Assembly (NCBI GenBank): GCA_024763075.1
Contig: JANTGF010000009.1
Location: forward strand, 21,149 to 85,148
Direction: 5' to 3'
Length of the DNA stretch: 64,000 nucleotides
Origin: Bacteroidales bacterium
GTDB lineage: Bacteria; Bacteroidota; Bacteroidia; Bacteroidales; VadinHA17
The notes beneath the pieces are model-generated. The model saw nothing but the letters and a program-made list of their open reading frames with translations, had not been told where the DNA came from and ran no database searches. Of this stretch, positions 38,744 to 48,997 are shown piece after piece; within the stretch, counting starts at the first letter, position 1, and the number at the start of each line of letters is the position of its first letter. A program made the position numbers and the translations under genes.

Positions 38744-38861
38744 ATATATAAATATTTAAAAGAGTAAATCCAAAAGTAATTAAATTAATCAAGTAGCCAT
38801 AGGATTTTATTAATAATAAGCCTATAACTATATTTCAATATTTATTTAAAACAATTCATTT

Positions 38862-40184
38862 CTAATAAGGATGATCCTCATTAAACCTATTCAATCTTTC
38901 TTCAAGCAACCCAAACTGATCCCGCCTGACAAGTGAAACACAAGCCCTGATTCCTTCCTCTCTGGAGCTTCCGGTAATATCCAGGGATATGGCACTTATA
39001 CCATAATAAATAAGTTCTTCCAGTAAATCAACTCCTGAAAAACCAGGATATGAAATGGTAAAATAAAAGCCATCAGCCAAGGGCTGATCAATATCTTTAT
39101 CATATACCAGTTTAAATCCATTCTTCAAAAAAATACTTTTCATAATTCTGGCCTTTTCTCCATACTCCTTCACATCTTCCACATAGTTGTATTTCCCACT
39201 GTTAACCGCTTTCAGTATCCCCTCCAAACCAAATTGAGCAGAATGAGTAACTCCTGCCGATAAAGTATATAAAGCTCCATAAATTACCGAATATCCAAAA
39301 CCATCAGAGGTATAGTACCTGAGTAAATCAGGATATTTTCTTTTAAAAAGTTTATCCGAAATTGCCATCATCCCAACCCGTTGACCGGCATAGCTAAAAG
39401 CTTTTGAGCTGGATATTAATAAAATATAGTTATCGGTATATTTTGCCACTGTTGGCTGATAGGGTGGTTCTCCCGGTTTCGAATAATCCTTTCTGAAATC
39501 CATTCCAAAATAAGCAAGATCCTCAATAACAATTACGTCATATTTATTAGCCAGCTCACCAATAATTTGCAATTCCTCTTCAGTAAAACAAATCCACGAA
39601 GGATTATTCGGATTTGAATATAAAATACTTGAAATTCTTCCGGTTTTTAAATAGGTCAATAATTTACTTCTTAGCCTGGGTCCACGGAAATCATATATAT
39701 CAAAAGAGCAATAATCATGACCCAGGACTCTAACCTGTTGTTTTTGTACAGGAAATCCAGGATCAATAAACAAGGTACCTTCTTTTGTATGATCATTACG
39801 GTTTGCCACCATAAAAGATGCCATAGCCCCCATCATGGAACCAACCGTAGGGATACAGCCCTCCGGACTAATATCCGTGTCAAGGAAAAGTTTAATAAAC
39901 TTTGAAATCTCCTTCTTCAATCCGCTGATTCCTTCAATATTAGGATAGACAGATGCAACCCCTCTTTTCAAAGCCTTAATTTCAGCCTCTACACCAACTT
40001 TTGCAGGATTCAAACCCGGCACCCCCATTTCCATCCTGACAAACTTCTCACCGGTCTTTTGCTCAATTTTATTTACCAGCCTGACAATCTCACGGATACT
40101 ACCTTTCCCAATTTTCGCAAGACCACTCCCAATTATCTCATTTCTAACTATTTCAGAATCTATAGGTGTATTCCTCATCTTCAT
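38862..40184 (-). CDS. PLP-dependent aminotransferase class I/II
   Basis: NPNNP, IEDLAY and SSSKAFSYAGQRVG (PLP Lys) motifs. Confidence 0.9.
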   Translation of the reverse strand: MKMRNTPIDSEIVRNEIIGSGLAKIGKGSIREIVRLVNKIEQKTGEKFVRMEMGVPGLNPAKVGVEAEIKALKRGVASVYPNIEGISGLKKEISKFIKLFLDTDISPEGCIPTVGSMMGAMASFMVANRNDHTKEGTLFIDPGFPVQKQQVRVLGHDYCSFDIYDFRGPRLRSKLLTYLKTGRISSILYSNPNNPSWICFTEEELQIIGELANKYDVIVIEDLAYFGMDFRKDYSKPGEPPYQPTVAKYTDNYILLISSSKAFSYAGQRVGMMAISDKLFKRKYPDLLRYYTSDGFGYSVIYGALYTLSAGVTHSAQFGLEGILKAVNSGKYNYVEDVKEYGEKARIMKSIFLKNGFKLVYDKDIDQPLADGFYFTISYPGFSGVDLLEELIYYGISAISLDITGSSREEGIRACVSLVRRDQFGLLEERLNRFNEDHPY

Positions 40185-40225
40185 TTTAAATTTTTGATAA
40201 TCTTTATCAAATGAATTTTAGAAAT

Positions 40226-40252
40226 AAAAAAAGCGGTTTTAAATAACCGCTT
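40226..40252 (-). terminator. Intrinsic terminator downstream of flavodoxin
   Basis: AAGCGGTT-TTAAAT-AACCGCTT with a T-run on the minus strand. Confidence 0.65.
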
Positions 40253-40267
40253 CAAATTTTTTATCCT

Positions 40268-40789
40268 TTATTCAAATAATGGAAGAATTTTGTTAAGCCA
40301 ATTTTGCAACCTTTCGTCAGTTTTATCGGATTCATAATCCTCATCCAGTGGCAAACCGATAAATTCTCCGTTTATTAAAGCATCAGAATCTTTAAAGTCA
40401 TAATCTTCAGGGGATGTCTGTCCAATAATTTTTGCTCCTTTATCCATTAACAGCTTACCTAACACACCCAAAGAATCAACAAAATGCAGGGCATAGGTCA
40501 AATGATCACCCAAACCATATAAAGCAATGGATTTATTATTATAATCGATATGATCCAGTTCCTGTAAAAATCCATCCCAGTCTTTACTTGGGGTTTCTTT
40601 CTGCCATGTGTGACTACCAATAGTTGATATACCAAAAATCACTTTGGAATATTTATTAACATCTGCTGCGGAAGCATCCCTGACTGGTATAATATCAACC
40701 TTGTCTTCCCCTATCATCTTCACCAACTTTTTTGCAACCTTTTCAACTGAACCTCCCACCGGACCATAAAAAAGACCTATTTTATTCAT
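40268..40789 (-). CDS. Long-chain flavodoxin
   Basis: IGLFYG..GG..EKVA, ALYGLGD...Y...FVD and GLPLDED...KTDERL..W motifs. Confidence 0.9.
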   Translation of the reverse strand: MNKIGLFYGPVGGSVEKVAKKLVKMIGEDKVDIIPVRDASAADVNKYSKVIFGISTIGSHTWQKETPSKDWDGFLQELDHIDYNNKSIALYGLGDHLTYALHFVDSLGVLGKLLMDKGAKIIGQTSPEDYDFKDSDALINGEFIGLPLDEDYESDKTDERLQNWLNKILPLFE

Positions 40790-41085
40790 TTTTTTATTAT
40801 TTTAAATTTAGAATGAAGATTGTAATTACCGAATTCGAAAATTAAGACTTCACTCTCTATATCCTAAATATTGTGTTATCTTATATACAGTATTATCAGG
40901 TTTCGGATGCAAATATAAAATTATTTTATAAGATATTCCATGTTTCTTATCATGTAAAAATTTGTAAATTCTAACCATATGTTACAAATTTTATAAGACT
41001 TTAATACAGTACAGGTTGAACCTGTGCATTAAAACAAAAATTTTCAATTTTTTTCACAATTCAGATAAAAACAGGCTTTTCCATA

Positions 41086-43143
41086 TTATTTTTCAATTTT
41101 TATCCGGGCATCAACTGCATAAATTGAATTCGCCTTACCCAGTAAGGGGTTCAGATCCATTTCAACAATTTCTGGCACTGAAATAATTAAATCTGACAAT
41201 TTCAATAAAATACCGGCAAGCACTTCTTCATCCACACCTGTTTTTCCCCTTACGCCTTTAATCAAAGCGTAAGATTTCAGCCTCCTTATCATTTTATTTG
41301 CTTCGGTTTCATTTATTGGAATTAATTCACTTGTAATATCTTTTAATACTTCAATATAAATTCCTCCCAGACCGAAAAATAACATATGCCCAAAATTACC
41401 CTCCTTTTTAACGCCAGCAAACAGTTCCAGTCCTGATACCATGGGTTGAAAAAGCACAGCCGTACAGCCTTCTATTTCCATCATTCGGTTGAATTGAGTT
41501 TTTACTCCTTCAATTCCTCTCACATTCAATGCTACACCTCCCACATCTGATTTATGGAGGGGCCCCACAACTTTCATTACCAGAGGATAGCCAGTTTTTG
41601 CAGCACAGCGCTCAGCTTCTTTCATGTTTACTGCTAGTTCTTCCCTGACCCTGGGAATTCCTGCAAAATCCAGCAAACTGCCCACTCCCTCTGGGTTCAA
41701 ATACCCTGACCGGGATTCCTTTATGAATTTCCTGACTGCATCAGATACTTTCATATTTTTTGTATTAACAGTATCCACCGGTTTCCCGGTATTCATAACT
41801 TTAGCCAATGCTTTCCCAAAGAGTACCTCATCCTGGAAATATACATTTTTCTTTGAGACAAACTCTTTGATTTCATTTTTTGCAGTGATTCCCGAAGGCA
41901 AAACCGGATATATGGGTTTCCTGCAGGTTCTCATTTTCTCATCCAGCAATGAATAAACATCAAAAACCGGAAATAGTCCCGGACTTCCAAAAATCACCAC
42001 CATTGCATCAATCTGATCAAAATCATTTTCACAAGCATCCAGGATTGCACCAAGTTGATCTGCAGTTCCTGTGGCCAGAAAATCCACCGGGTTATGTACA
42101 GAAGATCCGGGATAAAGTTTCTTAAGTAATGCATCTGCCGCAGGTCCCTCCAATGGAGGCAGACAGAAACCGCCCTCTTCGAGAGTATCGGTCAACATAA
42201 CAGCAGGCCCCCCTGCATGAGTAACAATCGCTATATTTTTACCACGGGGTAAAGAAAACCTTAACACAGAAGCCACTATCGCCAAATCCTCACGTCCATA
42301 ACAACGGATGATCCCTGCTTTCCGGAACAAGGCATCAACGGCTGAGTCCGGGGAAGATAAGGCTCCTGTGTGAGAAGCCGCAGCCCTGCTCCCTGCCTCA
42401 GATGAGCCTGCTTTTATGGCAGCGATCCTGGCACCTTTATTTATTAGTGACCTTGAATGCTTTAACAATAATTGGGGCTTTTTAACGCTTTCGAGATAAA
42501 GTAGTTTAATTTTTGAACTTACCCCGGGTTCATAGGTTTCATCAAGATACTGCAGAATGTCTTCAACTCCGGTCTGAGCACTGTTCCCCACTGAAAAAAC
42601 ACTGGAGAAGGTCAATCCCTTGGTAATACCGGATTCCATGATATACACAGCAGTAGCACCAGACCCTGAAACAAAATCAACCCCATGGCTATCTATTACC
42701 GGTACAGGTTCTGTAAAAACCCCACTGTAATTATGATTCAGGAAACCTATACAATTAGGCCCAATCAAACATGAATTGGTTTCGTTTATCACATCCACAA
42801 TTTTCTTTTCAAGTAGTTCACCTTCTTCTCCTGTTTCACTAAAACCAGCCGATAAAATAATAAATGCCCTTGTTTTTTTCTTCCGGGCAAGTACTTCTAC
42901 AGTTTCAGGGCAGTATTTTGCAGCAATTGCTATAATAGCAAGATCAACATCCGGTAAAACATCAGGGCTATGGTATGACTTAACTCCCTGTACCTGGTCG
43001 GTTTTAGGATTAACCACAAAAAGTTCGCCGGCAAAATTACTCCTCATTATATTCATAAGAACTTTTCCTCCCGGCTTGGAAAGATCCTCTGATCCTCCGA
43101 TTACTGCAATACTTCCCGGATTAATCAGGTTTTTGTTTATCAT
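41086..43143 (-). CDS. ADP-forming acyl-CoA synthetase (acetate-CoA ligase family, alpha-beta fusion)
   Basis: SIAVIGGS, SAGFSE, GPNCIG, ASHTGAL (phospho-His), NPVDF, HKSDVGGV and EMDLNPL motifs; no GNAT domain. Confidence 0.9.
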   Translation of the reverse strand: MINKNLINPGSIAVIGGSEDLSKPGGKVLMNIMRSNFAGELFVVNPKTDQVQGVKSYHSPDVLPDVDLAIIAIAAKYCPETVEVLARKKKTRAFIILSAGFSETGEEGELLEKKIVDVINETNSCLIGPNCIGFLNHNYSGVFTEPVPVIDSHGVDFVSGSGATAVYIMESGITKGLTFSSVFSVGNSAQTGVEDILQYLDETYEPGVSSKIKLLYLESVKKPQLLLKHSRSLINKGARIAAIKAGSSEAGSRAAASHTGALSSPDSAVDALFRKAGIIRCYGREDLAIVASVLRFSLPRGKNIAIVTHAGGPAVMLTDTLEEGGFCLPPLEGPAADALLKKLYPGSSVHNPVDFLATGTADQLGAILDACENDFDQIDAMVVIFGSPGLFPVFDVYSLLDEKMRTCRKPIYPVLPSGITAKNEIKEFVSKKNVYFQDEVLFGKALAKVMNTGKPVDTVNTKNMKVSDAVRKFIKESRSGYLNPEGVGSLLDFAGIPRVREELAVNMKEAERCAAKTGYPLVMKVVGPLHKSDVGGVALNVRGIEGVKTQFNRMMEIEGCTAVLFQPMVSGLELFAGVKKEGNFGHMLFFGLGGIYIEVLKDITSELIPINETEANKMIRRLKSYALIKGVRGKTGVDEEVLAGILLKLSDLIISVPEIVEMDLNPLLGKANSIYAVDARIKIEK

Positions 43144-43421
43144 TATTCTTAAACTTTTCAGGAATTACAAAGTACATTCAGGATTCTATTAATTCAGGTA
43201 TATTTCCGTAATTAGACTTATAGTTCTGTTTAAAAAGATTTATTTTCATTTCCTAAAATTAAAATAAGAAAACATTAAATAAAACTTTACAATCAAAAAC
43301 TATAAAACAATTTTAAAGAATTTATGAACTACCTCATCATTTTTAATTAATTTTGAACACTTCAAATGATCTGTATATGTTCATATTGTTATACATCGTT
43401 TAATTTTAAAAGAATGATCTT

Positions 43422-45992
43422 ATGAAAAATGCCGCGACTGTTGTCCTGTTTGTTTTGTTTTCGTTGGGAGCTATGGCTCAGCCTGTAAATCTTAACTACT
43501 ATATGCCTGAAGGTACCATACTAAATCCGGACATTCCAACACCGGAGAGTTTTTTAGGGTATCAGGTTGGGGAATGGCATGTTTCCCATGATCAGCTGGT
43601 GAGCTATATGAAGCTGATTGCTGAAAAATCGGACCGGGCAATTATTGAGGAATATGCCAAAAGTTATGAAAACAGGCCTTTGCTTCATCTGATCTTTACT
43701 TCTCCTGCAAATCAGAAACATCTTCCTGAATTAAAAAAGGAGCATCATAATTTGTGCAAACCTGAAAAATCATCAGCGTATGAAGTTTCGGATATGCCGG
43801 TAGTTATAGTTTTGGGGTACTCCATTCATGGAAATGAAGCCAGTGGTGCTAACGCATCTTTATTAACCGCCTATTATCTTGCGGCAGCACAAGGCCATGA
43901 GATTGATAAAATGTTGGAAAACAGCATTATACTTATCGATCCGTGCCTGAACCCTGATGGGCTTACCCGCTTTACTACATGGGCAAATATGCACAAATCA
44001 CAACAAATTTCCCCCGACCCGAATAACCGTGCATTTAGTGAAGTCTGGCCGGGAGGAAGGACAAATCATTACTGGTTTGATATGAACAGGGATTATGTGC
44101 TACTCATAAACCCTGAAAGCAAAGGAAGGGTCGAAAAGCTTCAGGAATGGCGGCCAAACATTGTTACTGATCATCATGAAATGGGTTCCAACTCAACATT
44201 TTTCTTTCAGCCGGGAATTCCCAGCAGAAATAATCCAATGACACCTGAAATGAACTACACTTTGACAAAGAAAATAGCTTCTTTTCATGCAAAGGCGCTT
44301 GATAAAATTGGATCGTATTATGTTTCGGAAGAAAATTTTGATGACTATTATTTTGGTAAGGGTTCCTCTTATCCGGATATAAATGCAGGGATTGGAATTT
44401 TATTTGAACAGGCCAGCGTACGCGGGTTTGAAAGAGAAACTGCCAATGGTCTGCTAACCTTTCCTTTTGCTATTAAGAACCAGTTTACAGTAAGCCTGTC
44501 CACCCTGAAAGCCGCTCAGGTTCTTAAAGATGATTTGTTAAATTATCAAAAAGAATTTTTCACAAGCGGCCATAAAGAAGCTGGTAAACTAAAAGAAAAA
44601 GCATATGTTTTTGGTGATCCATACGACCGTGGGAAGACCTATGAATTTATCAAACTCCTTCAGGGACATCACATTGAAATCCATAAATTGAATGAAAAAT
44701 ATCAATCCGGAGCATTAAAATTCAATCCGGAAAATTCCTGGGTAGTTCCGCTGGATCAGGAAAATTTCAGGTTAATAAGAAGTTTTTTTGAACCGGTTCA
44801 TAAATTCAGAGACAGTACATTTTATGATGTTTCCACATGGAATCTTCCCATGTCTTTTAATATGCCATATACAAGTATCACAAACAAGAGTCTGATTGGG
44901 GATCAAATTGATAAAGTAAAATTTCAACCCGGTAAATTAATCATTGATAAAAATGCTTATGCATGGGTTTTCAGATGGGATGACTATTTTGCCCCCAGAG
45001 CATTATTCAGAATTTTAGATGCCGGTCTTTTTGCAAAAGTTGCAAGCTCAGAATTCACATATAATAATGCGGAAAAAACTGAAAAATTCGGATATGGTAC
45101 CATCCTGATACCTGCAAGTCATCAAAAATTGGATTACGATAAAATTATAGAATTATTAGAAAAATGCACCCTTGAAGATGGAATTGACATTTACGGGCTT
45201 AAAACGGGATGGAATTCTGATGGTATTGATCTTGGTAGTTCTAAATTTGTAAATCTGACATTTCCAAAAATACTCATGTTTATCGGGGGAAGTGTAAGCA
45301 GTAGAGATGCCGGAGAAATATGGCATTTGTTCGATACCCGATATAAAATTCCCATTACAATGGCAGAAGTTACCCGGCTGGGAAGAATCAATCTCGCTGA
45401 TTATACTACAATCATACTCCCGGGAGGTTCCTATACCGGGTTTAATGAAGAGGACGCCGGTAAATTAAAGAACTGGATAAGATCAGGTGGAAACCTGATC
45501 GGGTATAAAAGTGCAAACCGATGGCTTTCCTCCCATAAATTTATCAATCTTAAATATAAGAAACCGGTTCAACCCGATACCTCATTAAGAATAACCTATG
45601 TAAGTAAAAGTAAAGAGTACAGCAAACAATTAATTAGCGGAGCAATTTTTGAAGTTGAATTGGATTTAACAAATCCCTTAGCTTATGGGTATCATAATAC
45701 TCCAATTCCGGTATTTAAAAATTCTGCTACAGTTGTTAAATTCCCCGATAACAATAATTATAAATGGTTTAATTACAGTTCAAATCCTTTGTTAAGTGGA
45801 TATGCATCTAAAGAAAACATAAAGCAAATTGCAGAATCACCATTTTTGTTGATAAATTCTCTGGGAGCAGGCAAAATAATTTCTATTTTTGACAACTCAA
45901 ATTTCAGAGGGGTCTGGTATGGAACAAATAAGATATTTTGCAATGCTGTTCTTTTTGGCCCTGTAATAAATAGTGGCAGAAGAAGATATTAA
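43422..45992 (+). CDS. M14 family zinc carboxypeptidase, secreted
   Basis: Signal peptide; SIHGNE, GRTNHYWFDMNRD and DHHEM motifs. Confidence 0.9.
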   Translation: MKNAATVVLFVLFSLGAMAQPVNLNYYMPEGTILNPDIPTPESFLGYQVGEWHVSHDQLVSYMKLIAEKSDRAIIEEYAKSYENRPLLHLIFTSPANQKHLPELKKEHHNLCKPEKSSAYEVSDMPVVIVLGYSIHGNEASGANASLLTAYYLAAAQGHEIDKMLENSIILIDPCLNPDGLTRFTTWANMHKSQQISPDPNNRAFSEVWPGGRTNHYWFDMNRDYVLLINPESKGRVEKLQEWRPNIVTDHHEMGSNSTFFFQPGIPSRNNPMTPEMNYTLTKKIASFHAKALDKIGSYYVSEENFDDYYFGKGSSYPDINAGIGILFEQASVRGFERETANGLLTFPFAIKNQFTVSLSTLKAAQVLKDDLLNYQKEFFTSGHKEAGKLKEKAYVFGDPYDRGKTYEFIKLLQGHHIEIHKLNEKYQSGALKFNPENSWVVPLDQENFRLIRSFFEPVHKFRDSTFYDVSTWNLPMSFNMPYTSITNKSLIGDQIDKVKFQPGKLIIDKNAYAWVFRWDDYFAPRALFRILDAGLFAKVASSEFTYNNAEKTEKFGYGTILIPASHQKLDYDKIIELLEKCTLEDGIDIYGLKTGWNSDGIDLGSSKFVNLTFPKILMFIGGSVSSRDAGEIWHLFDTRYKIPITMAEVTRLGRINLADYTTIILPGGSYTGFNEEDAGKLKNWIRSGGNLIGYKSANRWLSSHKFINLKYKKPVQPDTSLRITYVSKSKEYSKQLISGAIFEVELDLTNPLAYGYHNTPIPVFKNSATVVKFPDNNNYKWFNYSSNPLLSGYASKENIKQIAESPFLLINSLGAGKIISIFDNSNFRGVWYGTNKIFCNAVLFGPVINSGRRRY

Positions 45993-46009
45993 AAGTTAAA
46001 TTTAAGACT

Positions 46010-46459
46010 ATGAAAAAAATTACAATTATTGCTTTCACAATTTTTTTATTTACAGGATCTTTGAAAGCGCAGGATTCAGGTTTCGGGATCGGGGCAATTT
46101 TTGGTTCTCCTACCGGAATAAGTGCTAAATTATGGATTAATGAAACAAATGCAATTGACGGCAGTGTTGCCTGGTCTTTTTATAATACCGGTTACTTTGC
46201 TGTAAATGCAAATTATTTATGGCATAAATTTAATCTCATTCCGGTTGATTCCGGTAAGCTGCCCCTGTATTTTGGAGTAGGGGCTAAAATTGGCATATCT
46301 GAGTTCTTTCATATAGGTGTACGTGCTCCGGTCGGGTTGGACTACATGTTTTCTGAAATACCGCTGGATGTATTTGTGGAGGTGGCTCCTTCCCTTATGT
46401 TATCACCTGCAACAGCATTTCAGCTTGACGGAGGAATAGGCATAAGGTATTTCTTTTAA
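46010..46459 (+). CDS. Small outer-membrane beta-barrel protein
   Basis: Signal peptide; GIGAIFGSPTGISAK; alternating beta-strand pattern; C-terminal GIRYFF. Confidence 0.8.
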   Translation: MKKITIIAFTIFLFTGSLKAQDSGFGIGAIFGSPTGISAKLWINETNAIDGSVAWSFYNTGYFAVNANYLWHKFNLIPVDSGKLPLYFGVGAKIGISEFFHIGVRAPVGLDYMFSEIPLDVFVEVAPSLMLSPATAFQLDGGIGIRYFF

Positions 46460-46484
46460 GGAATAAAAAAATGAATAAACTTTC

Positions 46485-46521
46485 GACCTGGCAGTATTTT
46501 AACTAACCAGGTCTTTTTTTT
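46485..46521 (+). terminator. Intrinsic terminator
   Basis: GACCTGG...CCAGGTC followed by T8. Confidence 0.7.
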
Positions 46522-46532
46522 GCTAGTGTTAA

Positions 46533-46647
46533 GTCAAGTATATTAGGGCATTACTATTTCATTTCGAAGGAAGTATGACTTAGAAATCTAGTAGATTTCT
46601 CACCATCGTACCTCAGGTTCGAAATGACAGATTAAATATGACTTGAC
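46533..46647. repeat. REP/REPIN-like palindromic element (TCATTTCGAA...AGAAATCT/AGATTTCT...TTCGAAATGA)
   Basis: Three nested inverted pairs: GTCAAGT/ACTTGAC, TCATTTCGAA/TTCGAAATGA and AGAAATCT/AGATTTCT. Confidence 0.7.
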
Positions 46648-46648
46648 G

Positions 46649-47020
46649 TTAGTCCGTTTTTATGTGCCGGCCAAAAGGTAACAAGCCAATAGAAGCCAGT
46701 TTAAAATGTTGCAGTGCAAAAGGTATTCCGATAATAGTTATCGCAAAAAAGGCACCCAGAATTAAATGAACCACTGCAATCCAGATTCCACCACAAAAAA
46801 TCCATACAATATTCAGAAATATCCCAATGCAGCCCTGAGGCTGGTCAATGTAAACATCACGACCGAAAGGCCAAAGGGCAAGATTTGCAAGCTTCAGCGT
46901 TTGTATACCGAATGGGATACCTACAATTGTTAAAATGATGAAAATGCTTGCTATTAAGTACATTACAGAAATAAGCAACCCACCAAATACCAGCCATAAA
47001 ATGTTGCCAATAAACTTCAT
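46649..47020 (-). CDS. YccF-domain inner membrane protein
   Basis: GNILWLVFGG and duplicated TIVGIPFG...KLA..PFG. Confidence 0.92.
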   Translation of the reverse strand: MKFIGNILWLVFGGLLISVMYLIASIFIILTIVGIPFGIQTLKLANLALWPFGRDVYIDQPQGCIGIFLNIVWIFCGGIWIAVVHLILGAFFAITIIGIPFALQHFKLASIGLLPFGRHIKTD

Positions 47021-47084
47021 ATAAAAGATTTAGCAATTTATCTAAAGTATGAATTACAATTTTTATAATATCCTCAAAATGAAA

Positions 47085-47711
47085 TTACTTCTTTTTCTTT
47101 TTAACAAAATAGGCAACTTTCTCCAGGGAAGTAATCATATCATATTCTTCAAGGTAAACATCTGACGGAACCTCAAGAGGAATATGTGTAAAATTAAGAA
47201 TGCCCTTGATACCGCTTTTTATGAGCTGGCTGGCCACTTTTTTAGCTGAAGTTTGCGGTACCGTCACAACACCTATGGATATTTTCTTTGACTTTATCAC
47301 TTTCCCCATTTCTGAAACATGATAACATTTTACTCCTCCAATTTTCAAACCCTTTTTATTCTCATCAATATCAAATAAAGCCACAATTCTCAATTTTGGA
47401 CGAAGTCCTGTTAAATAGGATGCAAGAGCCGTACCCAGATTACCCATTCCAATAATTGCAACATTCTGACCGCTCTCACTGTCCAGTCTCTGACCAATGA
47501 CCTCAATTAATTTTTTTACGGGATAACCTTTTCTGTAAACGCTGCTGAAACCCAGTAACATCAGATCCCTACGAACCTGAACGGCTGTAATATGCAATAT
47601 GGCTGCCAATTCATGTGAAAAAATATATTCAACATTTTCTTCCACCAAATTTAAAAGCCTTCGCCTGTATTGACTTAATCTTTCTACTGTTTTTCCTGGT
47701 AGTGTATCCAT
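47085..47711 (-). CDS. rex: Redox-sensing transcriptional repressor Rex
   Basis: TVERLSQYRR, SHELA...TAVQVRRDL, IIGMGNLG.AL and GIKGILNF motifs. Confidence 0.93.
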   Translation of the reverse strand: MDTLPGKTVERLSQYRRRLLNLVEENVEYIFSHELAAILHITAVQVRRDLMLLGFSSVYRKGYPVKKLIEVIGQRLDSESGQNVAIIGMGNLGTALASYLTGLRPKLRIVALFDIDENKKGLKIGGVKCYHVSEMGKVIKSKKISIGVVTVPQTSAKKVASQLIKSGIKGILNFTHIPLEVPSDVYLEEYDMITSLEKVAYFVKKKKK

Positions 47712-47752
47712 AATATTATAGATTAAGGGTGTATTCAGATATTTTCCTTTAT

Positions 47753-48577
47753 TTAATGTTTCAAGTTATTTAACCAGGAATACCAGACTTCCATTCCGTC
47801 ACCAGACCTGACAGATAATTCAATAAACTTCAAATCCGGATTAACTTTCATCGCGTAGTCTTTTGCAACCTGCATATCAAAATCAAGGTAAGGCAGTAAA
47901 TCAATCTTATTAATAACACAAAGATCAGCTGACTGAAACATAGTAGGATACTTTGCAGGCTTATCCTCTCCTTCAGTTGTGCTCATAATAACCACCCTTT
48001 TGCTTTCACCCAGATCAAACAAGGCGGGACAAACAAGATTCCCAACGTTCTCAATCATCAGAAAGCCTGGTTTACCGATATTTAATTCCTTTATTGCATT
48101 CCTGACCATATCTGAATCCAGGTGGCAACCCTCTCCTGTATTGATCTGGACAACCTCCGTTCCGGTTTTGTTTATCCGTTCCGCATCATTCATTGTTTGC
48201 TGGTCTCCTTCAATCACATAGAATTGGTGCTGATCTTTAAGATCAGAAATGGTCCTTTCCAGCAAACTGGTTTTACCGGAACCGGGAGAACTGACCAGAT
48301 TTAAAGCAATCAGATTTTTTGCTTCAAAATACCCCCTGTTTCTCTCTGCCAACAGATTATTTTTCATCAGTACATCCTGCTCAACCAAAATCTCCCTGCC
48401 TTGTGCATGAGCATGACTGTGATCATGGTGGTGGTGATGAGGACTCTCTCCCGGTTCATGAGAATGTGTATGTACTATTTCCTTATGTTCATGTGTATGA
48501 ACATGTTTTCCCATTTCTTTACCAGGTTTCCTGATAGAAACTTCATCCGCTTGTCCGCATCCACAAGTATCACACAT
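47753..48577 (-). CDS. hypB: Hydrogenase nickel incorporation GTPase HypB
   Basis: MCDTCGC N-terminus, His-rich linker, SSPGSGKT, CHLD, ENVGNLVCP and NKIDL; start taken at ATG 48577. Confidence 0.96.
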   Translation of the reverse strand: MCDTCGCGQADEVSIRKPGKEMGKHVHTHEHKEIVHTHSHEPGESPHHHHHDHSHAHAQGREILVEQDVLMKNNLLAERNRGYFEAKNLIALNLVSSPGSGKTSLLERTISDLKDQHQFYVIEGDQQTMNDAERINKTGTEVVQINTGEGCHLDSDMVRNAIKELNIGKPGFLMIENVGNLVCPALFDLGESKRVVIMSTTEGEDKPAKYPTMFQSADLCVINKIDLLPYLDFDMQVAKDYAMKVNPDLKFIELSVRSGDGMEVWYSWLNNLKH

Positions 48578-48604
48578 AATAATTCTTATTAATTTATCTG
48601 GGAA

Positions 48605-48634
48605 CAAAGATAACAAATGTGAAAGAAATAACAA
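48605..48634 (-). promoter_or_regulatory. hypB-rex promoter -7 element with adjacent Rex-like operator
   Basis: TATCTTTG (minus, 48605-48612); 18-bp ATGTGAA-AGAA-ATAACAA (48617-48634) resembles TTGTGAAnnnnTTCACAA. Confidence 0.6.
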
Positions 48635-48655
48635 TAAAATACATGAAAAGAATTT

Positions 48656-48997
48656 TTATTCCACCAGAATTGACCGGACCCTTAATTCTTTCCCCGCAAT
48701 CAGTTCATGCCCGAATTTCTTACAAAAAGGACAGGGACTGTATAAACTTTGTACTTTGTAGGTTTTTCCGGTTGAACTACATTTTGCCCTGGCCTCCACT
48801 ATTGATATCATCCATTTTGCATTTTCACAGATCGTGTTTTTCACAGCTGCATCCATTGCAAAATCGAGCGCTTCAACAACAATCCCTGAGAGCTCACCCA
48901 CTTCAATTTCAATTTCCAGTACTTTGTCCGAGTTGTCCTTTTCTGCATATTCTGCAGCAATTTCCACAATACTCATTGCTATTGATAGTTCATGCAC
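48656..48997 (-). CDS. hypA: Hydrogenase nickel metallochaperone HypA
   Basis: MHELSIA, GELSG, CP.C and GKELRV motifs; the first CxxC reads CSST. Confidence 0.92.
   Translation of the reverse strand: MHELSIAMSIVEIAAEYAEKDNSDKVLEIEIEVGELSGIVVEALDFAMDAAVKNTICENAKWMISIVEARAKCSSTGKTYKVQSLYSPCPFCKKFGHELIAGKELRVRSILVE

Noticed and set aside
41086-43143. PatZ/Pka protein acetyltransferase
   Set aside because: No GNAT domain is present and the catalytic His (SHTG) is intact, so an active ADP-forming ligase is more likely.
48400-48510. Low-complexity CAT/GTG-rich DNA as a tandem repeat or array
   Set aside because: It encodes the ordinary His-rich linker of HypB; the same applies to 57790-57875 in the Ni transporter.
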